In this document: positions 9,727 through 19,837 of the stretch, one piece after another
How positions within the stretch are numbered: position 1 is the first letter of the stretch
How the letters are laid out: each line of letters starts with the position of its first letter
Assembly: GCA_965223665.1 (NCBI GenBank)
Contig: OZ245011.1
Coordinates: 2,592,001-2,656,000 of the forward strand
Direction of reading: 5' to 3'
Source: Nitrospinaceae bacterium
GTDB taxonomy: Bacteria > Nitrospinota > Nitrospinia > Nitrospinales > Nitrospinaceae
DNA: 64,000 nt
Notes under the pieces: model-generated
Database searches by the model: none
What the model saw: the letters and a program-made list of their open reading frames with translations, nothing else
What the model was told of the DNA's origin: nothing
Made by a program: the position numbers and the translations under genes

Positions 9727-10554
9727 TCACCAAGTTTTTTTCCAAGAGACATTAAGGTCGGAAGATACTTTGCGTACTGTTTCCTTAGGTTTAAAATCGG
9801 AAAATACTTTGTCTATGGTTTCCTTAAGATCGGTTTCAGGCAAACATTCAAAACTTATGACTGGCGCCCAGGCTCTGATTCTTTTAAAGGTTTCACGATG
9901 AACGGGTTCCATTTTCTCACGTCCTATTTTCTCTGATGTGCTCTTCCAGCCCAGCGCCAAGGCTCTTGCAACCTTAGGACTGGAAGAAATTCCCGGTCTC
10001 TCAAAAATGGCAACCTGAGCATCTTCTGTAAGCACTCTTAATAATTCAAGATCCTTATCATTACCACCATCAGCTGTCATAAGAAATCCCCTTCGCCATA
10101 ACCTCTGAAAGGTATTTCTGGTTCCTCCAAAAAAGCGGCTCTTTCTATCATCAATGTTGTCATCATGTCTTTTTTTAAGAGGAAATCTCCATCGGCAGAG
10201 ATTGGGAAGGAGAACAAGGGTAAAAAACATCCAAGTTTCATTCCTCAGGGCTTCGCCCACCGGCATACTTGAATTTTTAACAAGATAAGCTGCGCATTTT
10301 GTATCAAAGTCCGTCAACTGTTTTTTGGAGACTTCTCCCGGGTATCCATTTTGAGTTGCCAGTTTAGAAATGCCATCCTGAATTGTTTTAAGCACATCGA
10401 TATTCACTTTGGTGCCACCCGTTTCAGAATAAAAAGCAAAGTCACAGGTGAAACCTGAAATTTTCTCCAGCTGAGGTATGCTTTTATCCCTTATTTCAGC
10501 CCATATTTTTTCTGCATGAACTTTATTTATTCGAGGGAAAAGATATCGCGGCAT
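9727..10554 (-). CDS. DUF6339-like protein (ORF track start 10572)
   Basis: EALRNETWMFFTL...RWRF...RNTFQRLWRRG resembles my recollection of DUF6339; ATG at 10554 directly follows the upstream stop. Confidence 0.55.
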   Translation of the reverse strand: MPRYLFPRINKVHAEKIWAEIRDKSIPQLEKISGFTCDFAFYSETGGTKVNIDVLKTIQDGISKLATQNGYPGEVSKKQLTDFDTKCAAYLVKNSSMPVGEALRNETWMFFTLVLLPNLCRWRFPLKKRHDDNIDDRKSRFFGGTRNTFQRLWRRGFLMTADGGNDKDLELLRVLTEDAQVAIFERPGISSSPKVARALALGWKSTSEKIGREKMEPVHRETFKRIRAWAPVISFECLPETDLKETIDKVFSDFKPKETVRKVSSDLNVSWKKTW

Positions 10555-10555
10555 G

Positions 10556-11464
10556 TTATTCATTTCCCTCAAAAAAAGTTGATTGAATTATCGACTCCAT
10601 CTCAGAGGGGTTATTTTTTTTGCGGGCACGGAGATCATTAAAATTAAAATCCCCAAATGTAACGCTGAGCCATTCCTTTATCATGTAACCCAGAGTTCCA
10701 CTCTCATATTCACTAAGTTGATTGTAATCAATGTCCTCTAGGTCAATAGTCCGCAAACATACCTGCCTGACAATATCGGATACCATAAGAGAAATTAATA
10801 ATGGATCATTGCTTCTAATTTTCTCAATAAAATTCTTGTTCCCGGAATTAACATACAGCGTGACATTGCCAAGAAAAGACTGTTCAAGAGCATCCGGATC
10901 CCAGCTGAGATACCAGAGACCAGAAGATGAATCCTTAGGAAACCCCTCATTAAAGTCTATTGCAACCATTGGAAACCGGCCAAGCGTTCCTTCAAGGGGG
11001 ATCTGAAATAAATCCTCCCAGAGCCTGCTTCCCTTATGTTTGGCAACAAAAGCCTTTTTGGGTTTCAAAGTTGAATTCAGAAAAATTATCGTCTCCAATA
11101 CAAGCTTGGATGCCAGACGGGAGCTATCCAGTTCTATCTGAATCGTTTCACTCCACAACCCTTTTGCAGGCAACTGGAATAATCTTACCGGATGCTTGTA
11201 GCTGTTACCTTCGGCGCCACTTATAGGAATAACGGCCAGAATGAGGTTCTCTGCTGAATACTCATGACCTGTTTCTCTAAGAACCCGGTTGATATCTATA
11301 TTAAATTCTCTTTCCAAGGTTAGATTCAGATTATAGTCCCAACCGGGTATTCCCTCCTTCACTTTTAAAGGGCTGCCATCAGCCTGTTTCAAAACCCATG
11401 GTTTACAAAGAACTGAATCTTGATCAGACACTGTTTGGTAGGGAAAAGCTATTTCTTCTCTCAC
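10556..11464 (-). CDS. Uncharacterised protein of the Z1 operon
   Basis: 302-aa ORF, GTGA overlap with the upstream gene; no motif recognised. Confidence 0.75.
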   Translation of the reverse strand: MREEIAFPYQTVSDQDSVLCKPWVLKQADGSPLKVKEGIPGWDYNLNLTLEREFNIDINRVLRETGHEYSAENLILAVIPISGAEGNSYKHPVRLFQLPAKGLWSETIQIELDSSRLASKLVLETIIFLNSTLKPKKAFVAKHKGSRLWEDLFQIPLEGTLGRFPMVAIDFNEGFPKDSSSGLWYLSWDPDALEQSFLGNVTLYVNSGNKNFIEKIRSNDPLLISLMVSDIVRQVCLRTIDLEDIDYNQLSEYESGTLGYMIKEWLSVTFGDFNFNDLRARKKNNPSEMESIIQSTFFEGNE

Positions 11465-13323
11465 TTGGAAACCTCCTCAAGAAAGGCCTTAAGTGATACT
11501 GCAACATATCCTGGAATGGAGACTAGTACGGATAACATCTCCTCACCCGTAGTCTCTATTAGAAGCAACTCCGTATTTCCAATTTCCCTATCACTGGAAT
11601 CACGCCATTCGAGAACTTCAGGCTTCTTCCCTCCAGGCAATTCAGAAATGGTTCCCCCACCATCAATAACCACTTCGGGTTTAACCCTAATAATTATTTT
11701 CTTACCTTTTGGCCCCTTCAACCTGATATCGAATCTGGCACATGGCATACCTTTTTTCACTGTATGGCATTTAAATTTAGGCTTTTCCAATCTGAACGGC
11801 TTTTGCCTTCCACCTCTAGATCCAGTTCTTTCCCTCCCCCGGGTCACTCCTCCCAGTCTGCTCCCTGCAAGACCTGAAATCATGCTTCCTACCGCATCTG
11901 CAACACTTCCAATGGATTCACCGTTTTTATCCCCCCCAATCTTTGGTTCTGGAGAATGGAAGGCAATCATTGCTTCCCTGATTCTCTTGAGAGCAACCTT
12001 GACAAAGGTTTTTTTTCTGCTTTTCGCAGGAAGATAATCTGGTATCCAGTCATCATGAGCAGGGGGTTCCGCTTCTGCAAATGCCCTTTCAACTTGGTGG
12101 TCTGAGTCAACAATAAAAACACCTGCCCATTCGACATCGTCAATACCCATGGATTCTCCCTCAAGGTATTTTAGAACAAGTTCTGCAGGTCGCATCAGAG
12201 CCACATGCTGGCTTTTGGAAGGAATAATATTCTCACTAGACTGCAATGCAGGATTTCTCAGGGATCTGAGATTTTTTACAGTTGAAAGTTTTCCAAGTAT
12301 TTTTTTGGGACTTTTACATTCAATTTTTAGGTTGGTGCTACTGTCAGCTTTAAGGTTGCGCATCGCCTCCGAGAAGAGATCAATCGGGGAACAGTCTTCG
12401 GGTTTTGGCAAAGAGCACTCTTCTCTCTCTATCTCAAGAGAAAATTTCATGGAAGCCGGACAGGAGTCATATTCAATCATTTTGGGCCAGAAATTCCAGA
12501 GAAGTATTTCGGCCAGCCTAGCCTTCATTTCCTTCCTTGAGTTTTCATCAATATCCGGGGCAAGTATCATAATGGAGGTACCGAATTCTTCCTCCCTCCT
12601 ATCAGGAAAACCGAGCGCCGAGGCCAAACCAGCCGCATCATCGGAAGTAACCGGTTCAACAACCTCTCCACCATTTCGAACTCCCCACCAGTGCCTTCCG
12701 GTAAATCTTTTCCCGCCATCATCACCTATAGAATCATATCTGTGACCAATTTTGCATGCCATCAGTCTTCGTACGACTTCATTCCTGCATTTTGCCAAGG
12801 TATCAACAATGATCGTATGACATCGACTAAAGGAATAAAGACAGGATTTGCCATATCCATAAGTTCCTCCACCTTGAAAGGTATCTCTTGGCGTTCCTAT
12901 ATTCCTCAGAAAATCCACAAAATCTGGAGCCTCGCCCTTTTCCGGAATTTCATCTGGATGGGTAGGTCCACCCAGACCACAGGTACCAAAATCACAAATC
13001 TCAAAAACACTGAAATTCTCTCCTTCAGCCAGCAAATCCTGAATTCTTCGGTATTCTTCACCATCAGGTTCGTCAGGGAGATCAGGAAATATGTTCTCAG
13101 CCAAAATGTTCTTTTCCTGGGGCAAAAGGGTTCTGAGTCGAATACGGTATTCCGGTATCTTCCCCTCCTCTCTTGCATCCCATGAATTCTGAACTGTTTC
13201 ACGAATTACAGTCTGGAGCTGGTCAAGATTAGGAGCTCCCAAAAGTTTGGATACCCCATCCGCAGAAATATTCCCGTACCTTGAATAAGGTTCGGAGTCT
13301 CTGACCAAAGTTGTTAATATCAT
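11461..13323 (-). CDS. GHKL (MORC/MutL/HSP90-like) ATPase domain protein
   Basis: RETVQNSWDA (ExxxNxxD), DFGTCGL, GGTYGYGK, GTSIMI; ATGA overlap with the upstream gene. Confidence 0.8.
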   Translation of the reverse strand: MILTTLVRDSEPYSRYGNISADGVSKLLGAPNLDQLQTVIRETVQNSWDAREEGKIPEYRIRLRTLLPQEKNILAENIFPDLPDEPDGEEYRRIQDLLAEGENFSVFEICDFGTCGLGGPTHPDEIPEKGEAPDFVDFLRNIGTPRDTFQGGGTYGYGKSCLYSFSRCHTIIVDTLAKCRNEVVRRLMACKIGHRYDSIGDDGGKRFTGRHWWGVRNGGEVVEPVTSDDAAGLASALGFPDRREEEFGTSIMILAPDIDENSRKEMKARLAEILLWNFWPKMIEYDSCPASMKFSLEIEREECSLPKPEDCSPIDLFSEAMRNLKADSSTNLKIECKSPKKILGKLSTVKNLRSLRNPALQSSENIIPSKSQHVALMRPAELVLKYLEGESMGIDDVEWAGVFIVDSDHQVERAFAEAEPPAHDDWIPDYLPAKSRKKTFVKVALKRIREAMIAFHSPEPKIGGDKNGESIGSVADAVGSMISGLAGSRLGGVTRGRERTGSRGGRQKPFRLEKPKFKCHTVKKGMPCARFDIRLKGPKGKKIIIRVKPEVVIDGGGTISELPGGKKPEVLEWRDSSDREIGNTELLLIETTGEEMLSVLVSIPGYVAVSLKAFLEEVSK

Positions 13324-14324
13324 TTTACATATTCCTTGAAAACTTCCTGAATCGATTCTTCAACAGCAAATTCTCTAGCAACAGAAAGGTCAAGCATATA
13401 CCGGATATGAGAAATTCCTTCCTTTGGATTCCCCTCTCGAAATGCGTTTATAGTCAGCTTAGGAAAGGAATCTGAAATCTGGTAGGTCATAATTTGATAA
13501 AGGTTAAATCTATACTTTTTCCAGATCTCCTTGTCCTCCTTCAGATATCCCCCCATGCCAATTAATTCTTCAAATCTTTCAGGACGGCCGGCTTTTTCCA
13601 GCAGCTCTTCCGCGATGGAGGGAACATCCAGATTGCCCACTGGGTTTGACTCAAAAATATGATGAACAAGATAAAGACTACCTCCGTTCGGAGGTTCAAG
13701 CTGATCCAGAGAGGTTATTTCTATTACCGGTTTCTGCGTACGTACCGATGCCTTGGATTCCAAAGCTGTTTGCCCAGACGTGAAGTCATGTCTTCCCCCT
13801 TCCGGTCCCAACCAAGTCTTCCATGCGTCTGCCCTGTACCCCATAAGTTGACGCAGAAGCATCAGCTCTCCGAGAAGACCTGTAACCTTTTCCCGCGTTA
13901 TTTCCAATCTGGATATCTTCAGCAAATTGCGGAATTCCTTTAGGCTCTCCTCCACCGCTTTTAAGGGTATTTCCCTTTCGTTCACTCTTCGCAAAATGTC
14001 GGAAACAACTTCTCCAAAGACCGCTTCTAAGTTGTTCTCAAGACATACCAGATCCAGGAATCTTGTATTCTTCCCGCCGACCAGATAACTTTTATCTTGG
14101 ATATCAAGAGATTTTCCTCCAAGCTCTTTATTTATTCTATCCCTTGGATCGATTGGAACGAGGAGGCGCGCTTCTCCTGATCCACCAAGAGCCAGACGGA
14201 GGGGACCAAATCTGGTTTTCGCTTCCAGCGGACTGGTTGCAAAACCAACTGTGGTATCGGACACCCCAGTTTCTGTTCTGAGGTGAGTCCACCTTAGAAC
14301 CGGATCAATTTTACTGTTCTCCAT
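13320..14324 (-). CDS. PD-(D/E)XK nuclease-family protein (DUF4420-like)
   Basis: GLLGELMLL...WLGPEGGRHDF...ALESKAS...IEITSLDQL; usual partner of Z1 proteins. Confidence 0.8.
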   Translation of the reverse strand: MENSKIDPVLRWTHLRTETGVSDTTVGFATSPLEAKTRFGPLRLALGGSGEARLLVPIDPRDRINKELGGKSLDIQDKSYLVGGKNTRFLDLVCLENNLEAVFGEVVSDILRRVNEREIPLKAVEESLKEFRNLLKISRLEITREKVTGLLGELMLLRQLMGYRADAWKTWLGPEGGRHDFTSGQTALESKASVRTQKPVIEITSLDQLEPPNGGSLYLVHHIFESNPVGNLDVPSIAEELLEKAGRPERFEELIGMGGYLKEDKEIWKKYRFNLYQIMTYQISDSFPKLTINAFREGNPKEGISHIRYMLDLSVAREFAVEESIQEVFKEYVK

Positions 14325-16926
14325 TTATATCCTCAGGAATATCTGGTTCCTCATAATCCTGTTCCGGAAGAGGAACCTGAACATAGATTTGTGTATCATC
14401 GGTTGCCTTGGGAAATACAAAGCCTAAACCAAGAACATCCGTCATGGCATTAAGAGGTTCGCGGTTCTTTGATGACACAGGTGTTGATTCAGAGTTTATC
14501 GGATAAAAAATCAACAAAGGCTTTTTCCCAATCTTATTTTCCCTTTCATTTCTCAATTCGGCCCAACCCTTTTCGGAAACTTTAATGTTATCGTCAACAT
14601 CGATAAAAACATCAGCTTTGGACATGAGAGCTTTGATGTCAGCATCGTTTTCCAGTCCCCCGTCCTTTAACCGGGACCGGACAATTGTTCTTACTTTTCC
14701 TAAAGATCCTAAATTCTCTTGACTCTGAGCACCGGAAGACGGCTGAAGAACTCCTAAATTCCAGAATTTAAGATCACCAGCTGTTTGGCGGTTCTGGTCT
14801 TCGATATAATTTATAAGTGATACTTTATTCAATGCATTATGGGTCTCGTGTACTTCGTATGATTCAATAAAATTCAGAATCAAGCCAACTGGAACATTCA
14901 GAAATACAGGACCTCTTCCAAAGTCGGAGGAATTTATTCCTTTTGACTTTACAGAATTGATCAATTCAGAACCAGCCTTCCAGTTTTTATCCAGCCATCC
15001 CCCATCCTTCTCTTTGAATCGAAAAGTCTGAACATGAGAATCAGAATAAGAAACAGAGACGGCCTGAGCTGCCATCATTTTAGTCCTAGCCGTAATGGCC
15101 AGCCCCGGAAGCTGCCGGATCCTGACAGCAAATTGCATTGGAGTGAGTTTATCCCTAGCATAAATCTCTATATCCTGTCGGATTTCTGCTTCAACTGTGG
15201 CCAGATCATGAAATGCATTTCTCATATCTCTGGTCATCCAGATTCTTGGAAGATCTTCAAATTTGTTTCGGTATCCGAACCACCGCCCCATCTGCATTAT
15301 CGAATCGTACTGTGTGGATGTCCTCATGAAAAAACTTACAATCAGACCCTCAATTGTCAGTCCTCTGGCAAGAACATTACCCCCTACGACAATATAACGC
15401 CTTGTCCTGCTGCTGAAATCAAGCCTTTCTTCGCTTTCACTGTTTTCAACCACCACTTCAATCTGACCCACTGTTTCAGGCACATGATTCCATAGATCAT
15501 CAAATTCGACCGTCCTGTTCCCAAAACTTTCTGCAGGTACGCAATTCCTTTCCTCATCCCATAATTGCTTTAATTCTTTAAAAATCTTTTGATCGTTTCC
15601 AATGAGTTTATTTTGAACCCATTCTAGAAACTCTTCAATGCGTTGCTGTGCACTGAAATGAGGTTCCTTATAAATCGTCGTATGTATCAGCATTGACGAA
15701 TGGCAGTTTTCATCTCCTCTAACCTTTCGCACCGCCGTGGCCAAGATGAAATATAATAAGGATTTCCGGAGAGTGCTGGTAATTTCGAACGAAAAACTAT
15801 CTCTGTCTTTTTTCTTCTGGGGCCTTAATAATGGTGATTCCTCGTCAGGAATGAGGCGGATCATGTCAAGACCCTCCTCTTCAGGATGAACTTCGTCCCC
15901 CTCAAGAATATCTCTTCCAAACAGGCTTTCCGCGCCAAAATATTCCTCAGGTTTTTCCAGGGAATAGATAAAATCTTTCGGATAAAGATCATCAGGGTGT
16001 TCTGGGTTTGCAAGAACCGGGTTAATGAGAATATTTGCAAAAGGAGTTGCTGTATACCCTATATAGGCAACTCTTGGCAGAAGCTTCAGCAAGGTTCGTA
16101 CACTCTCATTTATGGCACTCATTTCTTCAGCGAATTTCGCACTGTTGACACTTGCCTGGTCACATTCATCATCAATTACCATGAAGGGGCAACTTTTCAA
16201 TATGGCAGGAGGAGTACTTTTTAAAACACCTATCAGCCTTGAAAGGATATGTTTATTCTTTTTAATAACAGCGATATTTCTCTGATCAGGGCTGAATGAT
16301 GGAAAGCTTGATAACCTGAGATTAAAGTCTGTTCCGATATTTGTCCATTTCTGCCACTTGGCCGGATTCCTTTTTACAAGATCGTTCTCAAATCTTTCCT
16401 GAGTCTGATTTCTCAGTGCATCAGTAAGGCCTGATAGCACAATGAAAAACCTGAAACTGGCATCTGCAGCTTTTGCCATAACAGCTGTCATATTTGCAGT
16501 CTTTCCACTTTGAACATATCCAACAACCAGACCTTTTGTCTTGAATTCGTTCAAACCGGGATTATCCAGATGCTGGATAATACTTGTTGAGGATCTGTTG
16601 ATTTTCCTAACTGTAAAATCACGCCATTCTTTGTCCTCCAAAAGATATTTTTTCAGAGCCGGCCAGAAAATGTCTGAATCCTTTGGACCAAAGTACCATT
16701 CCTTTCTGTCCTCTAGGATCGCAAATCCACCTTCACTGATATATTCAACAGGAATATCCCTTAATTCCTGGTAAGCCTTCTCCATGTATTCTTTATTTTC
16801 ATTATAAAAATCGAAATCCTTTGCCTGGTTTACACACTCTTGGTAGGCCTTATCAAGGGTATAGCCGTTTGCTATGACCTTTTCGGATATTATTCCTTTG
16901 AATTTTTTAACTTTGGATCCATCCAT
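14311..16926 (-). CDS. Z1-domain SF2 helicase-like protein
   Basis: GYVQSGKT, IDDECD, YTATP, SMLIHT, LARGLTIEGL, QMGRWFGYR. Confidence 0.9.
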   Translation of the reverse strand: MDGSKVKKFKGIISEKVIANGYTLDKAYQECVNQAKDFDFYNENKEYMEKAYQELRDIPVEYISEGGFAILEDRKEWYFGPKDSDIFWPALKKYLLEDKEWRDFTVRKINRSSTSIIQHLDNPGLNEFKTKGLVVGYVQSGKTANMTAVMAKAADASFRFFIVLSGLTDALRNQTQERFENDLVKRNPAKWQKWTNIGTDFNLRLSSFPSFSPDQRNIAVIKKNKHILSRLIGVLKSTPPAILKSCPFMVIDDECDQASVNSAKFAEEMSAINESVRTLLKLLPRVAYIGYTATPFANILINPVLANPEHPDDLYPKDFIYSLEKPEEYFGAESLFGRDILEGDEVHPEEEGLDMIRLIPDEESPLLRPQKKKDRDSFSFEITSTLRKSLLYFILATAVRKVRGDENCHSSMLIHTTIYKEPHFSAQQRIEEFLEWVQNKLIGNDQKIFKELKQLWDEERNCVPAESFGNRTVEFDDLWNHVPETVGQIEVVVENSESEERLDFSSRTRRYIVVGGNVLARGLTIEGLIVSFFMRTSTQYDSIMQMGRWFGYRNKFEDLPRIWMTRDMRNAFHDLATVEAEIRQDIEIYARDKLTPMQFAVRIRQLPGLAITARTKMMAAQAVSVSYSDSHVQTFRFKEKDGGWLDKNWKAGSELINSVKSKGINSSDFGRGPVFLNVPVGLILNFIESYEVHETHNALNKVSLINYIEDQNRQTAGDLKFWNLGVLQPSSGAQSQENLGSLGKVRTIVRSRLKDGGLENDADIKALMSKADVFIDVDDNIKVSEKGWAELRNERENKIGKKPLLIFYPINSESTPVSSKNREPLNAMTDVLGLGFVFPKATDDTQIYVQVPLPEQDYEEPDIPEDINGEQ

Positions 16927-16975
16927 TTGTTCTGTTTTTCCTGAAAATCAGTATTTCGCTGGCAAGAAATAATTA

Positions 16976-18184
16976 TCAAGATTCAATTTTCACTTTAATT
17001 GACTCAACCCATTTGTCCAAGCGATTTCCTTTATTATTCCCACCAAGTTCATTAGAAATTAATATTTTCGCGATGTCACCTCCAGATATTAATAAAATTG
17101 GATGTCTATCCTCATGGATTTCTTTCTGAACCTGCTCATTAAAATAAGATGTAGTTAAGAAGATACCTAAATCTCTATGCTTTAATCGAGATATCAACCT
17201 CGACATCGGCTTTACCCCTATACCGGCTTTCCATTTCTTAACTTCTCCGATCACCTCCAGAAAAATTTCAGTTCCGGGTAACCCTAATTTAAAGAACCCT
17301 ACTATGTCCCTTCCACGGTCTTTAGAGCGAGGTGTTGTATCTAAATTCACAAAGTTATTGTTCAACATTTGCAGAATTTCTTTACAGGCAACTTCAAATT
17401 CATAGGGGGTTAAAAACGACAATGACTTCAAGACCTTTTTTTCTTGTTCTGTTTGAGGAAGTTGTTCGTTTTTTGTGCGTGGCAAAAATGTATTCTGGCA
17501 CTGGATAGTTTTATAGCTTCCCTTCTTGACCCAGTTTTTCCATGCTTTGGGACAATGAACCGAATAAGTGGGCAGAACTCCGGAAACCAAATCATCAAGC
17601 CAAGGCCAAGGAACAATTTCTTCGGCTAAAATACTGAAAACAGCTTTGTAGTTTTGAAATCTCTTTTTCTTAGCAACTCTCCAAACGGCTGTTAAATCTT
17701 CCAAACTTGAAAAACCTGTACCCCCTGGAGCAGCTAAGCCCAAAAATTTCATGCTGCTTAACTTCTTCTCTTTTAAATTTTCAAAACAGAGAAAAGGAGG
17801 AATATTTTTCTTTTTGCCTTCATGCATATCGTTGTAAACTGCTGCTAAAAGCTTATTTCCCCCTATATGGGTTTTGTGAATAGGATTACCAGGCTCTCTG
17901 TTATCACCCCAATACGTAAATATTCCTGTTGACAAATCAATTGAATCGGGCCATTCGTTTTCTTTAAAGTTTGTAATAAGCAATACAAAAGCTGCGTTCT
18001 GGATTCCAGTTGGTCCCTTAATTTTACTTTTGAAGCGAAACCCCCCTACATTTTGAATTCCCTTATTATCATCAAAAAACCTGAACATTTTGTTGAACTG
18101 GTCTTTTGGGTTTTTCCAATTATTTCTATCGTTTCTGAACTTGGCATCCAAAAACAGCGGCGGTCTATCAAATTTAGAGAGCAT
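16976..18184 (-). CDS. AspBHI/MspJI-family modified-cytosine-dependent restriction endonuclease (SRA-like + Mrr catalytic domain)
   Basis: GIQNVGGFR, EWPDSID, FTYWGDNREPG, GGNKLL; catalytic D-x20-E-V-K; SRLISRLKHRDLGIFLTTSYF. Confidence 0.85.
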   Translation of the reverse strand: MLSKFDRPPLFLDAKFRNDRNNWKNPKDQFNKMFRFFDDNKGIQNVGGFRFKSKIKGPTGIQNAAFVLLITNFKENEWPDSIDLSTGIFTYWGDNREPGNPIHKTHIGGNKLLAAVYNDMHEGKKKNIPPFLCFENLKEKKLSSMKFLGLAAPGGTGFSSLEDLTAVWRVAKKKRFQNYKAVFSILAEEIVPWPWLDDLVSGVLPTYSVHCPKAWKNWVKKGSYKTIQCQNTFLPRTKNEQLPQTEQEKKVLKSLSFLTPYEFEVACKEILQMLNNNFVNLDTTPRSKDRGRDIVGFFKLGLPGTEIFLEVIGEVKKWKAGIGVKPMSRLISRLKHRDLGIFLTTSYFNEQVQKEIHEDRHPILLISGGDIAKILISNELGGNNKGNRLDKWVESIKVKIES

Positions 18185-18348
18185 GTCTGTTTCTCATAAT
18201 TGTCTTCAAAATTCGCAACATAGGTTTTCAGATTTAGCGAACCTAACAAATATTGACATTTTCGGCAAGTTTAAATAAAGTCGAAGCACCTAACTAAGCG
18301 TAGCGGAATTCTTACCATAAAAGGACTATCCTTAAAATCTTTCTTATT

Positions 18349-18756
18349 TTGCAGGTAAACTTTACAAATATTCTCCACCAAACTTGCGTGGTTGTTGTCT
18401 CTAGTTTGAATCCATATATAAACAAAATTAATTTAAATAATTCAAACATTAGAGGTTTAAAATTACCGGCTGCCTACCTTCAAAATATCAACACGCAAGA
18501 AGTAAACCTTGAAGAAGCCGATCTAGAAAGGGCTGACTTAAGTAAAGCTAACTTGAAAGGAACTAATCTGAGTAACGCCGAACTGCTAGGGGCTGACCTT
18601 AGAGGAGCAAAGAATTTAACCTATCTACAACTAACAAAGGCCAAAATATATAAAAACACACAACTCCCCGATTATATCGATCCAAACCAATTGACCTTTG
18701 AGGATGAAAAGAAAGAACCCGAGGAAAACAAAAAACAAGAACCGAAGCCCTTTTAA
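18349..18756 (+). pseudogene. Pentapeptide-repeat protein C-terminal part, probably truncated
   Basis: ADLER-ADLSK-ANLKG-TNLSN-AELLG-ADLRG then typical AKNLT...TQLPDY tail; TTG start with no clear RBS. Confidence 0.5.
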
Positions 18757-18841
18757 ACCATAAACCGAAGTGATTGATCTTTAATTGTGTAAGCCAAAGC
18801 GATTTAATACTCAAAATTTTTTTAATCCCTTCCCAATTTTC

Positions 18842-19837
18842 TCACCTGATAATAAATTTCAAAGCCTTACCTGGAGGTTTGGGATAATGATAAATTCCCT
18901 TTTCACGATAGCTTCTGCTTTGAACCACATTTTTGAACTCGGAATAGAACTCATTTTTAGTCATTTGAAAAGTTCCCTCAGGACAAATTATTCTAAAACT
19001 TTCCTCGGCATTAAGAGATTCTATAACTTTTGCCAAAAAGCTGAGGCGGCTAAACTCATAAACCTTCAAAGATTTTTCTTTATTAGAAGTTTTATTTTTT
19101 GTTTTCACCTTGGATGAAGTCTTTATAAAGTCGAAAGATTTATTGTTAATGGTTCCGTTATTGCACAGTTGAAATATCTTCTGATAATTTTTTATGTGTC
19201 CATCCCCTTCCAAGCGTGCATTAGGCTGGTAAACCCAATTCGATTTTGATAATAATTCAGAAGAAAAAAATTGTGAAATTTCATTCCAAACGGTTTTACC
19301 AATTACTACAATTCGTTCAGGTTTTGACTTTTCAATAACATTTTTAACATAGCCATTCCATGAACAACAAAGCGCTTGTTTTACTTTTATAGGTCTAGGT
19401 TTTGAACCGCCAGGAATGTAAAGACCACAAATACTGGCATCCACTAACCAAATACCCCTTTCTTTCATTTGTTGAAGTATTTTAAGTTTATTATTAAAAT
19501 CCTTTATGAACTCAAAATCTTGATGAGATTCGATCCAATTTAGCGTGCTATAAAATATCCTCCAAAACTGACGAGTTTCTCTGTAATTTATACAATAAAC
19601 AAAACGCACAAAGTTTGAAGGATAATTGGGTAGAATTGAATCTAATTTATTTTTTCTTCGCGAATAATCTTCTGAAGTTGTATATACATGACTCTCAGCT
19701 AATAAAAGGGTTTTAACGACTTTTGGTTTCCAATACTGCCTATATTCTTCAACGGTTTTAATAACCTCTAAAGGTTCCTTGTAATCAGGCCCCAATATTT
19801 CCATAATTTTTATATAGCAATTCTCCAAATCACTCAT
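18842..19837 (-). CDS. Uracil-DNA-glycosylase-fold-like protein with extra C-terminal domain
   Basis: YWKPKVVKTLLLAESH, GIWLVDAS, PERIVVIGKTV, YQP resemble the UDG superfamily layout; Lys-rich linker then about 70-aa extra domain. Confidence 0.55.
   Translation of the reverse strand: MSDLENCYIKIMEILGPDYKEPLEVIKTVEEYRQYWKPKVVKTLLLAESHVYTTSEDYSRRKNKLDSILPNYPSNFVRFVYCINYRETRQFWRIFYSTLNWIESHQDFEFIKDFNNKLKILQQMKERGIWLVDASICGLYIPGGSKPRPIKVKQALCCSWNGYVKNVIEKSKPERIVVIGKTVWNEISQFFSSELLSKSNWVYQPNARLEGDGHIKNYQKIFQLCNNGTINNKSFDFIKTSSKVKTKNKTSNKEKSLKVYEFSRLSFLAKVIESLNAEESFRIICPEGTFQMTKNEFYSEFKNVVQSRSYREKGIYHYPKPPGKALKFIIR

Noticed and set aside
9727-16926. Calling the operon Mza or Druantia
   Set aside because: No AIPR or MzaA-like gene, no DruE-like large helicase, and a different gene order
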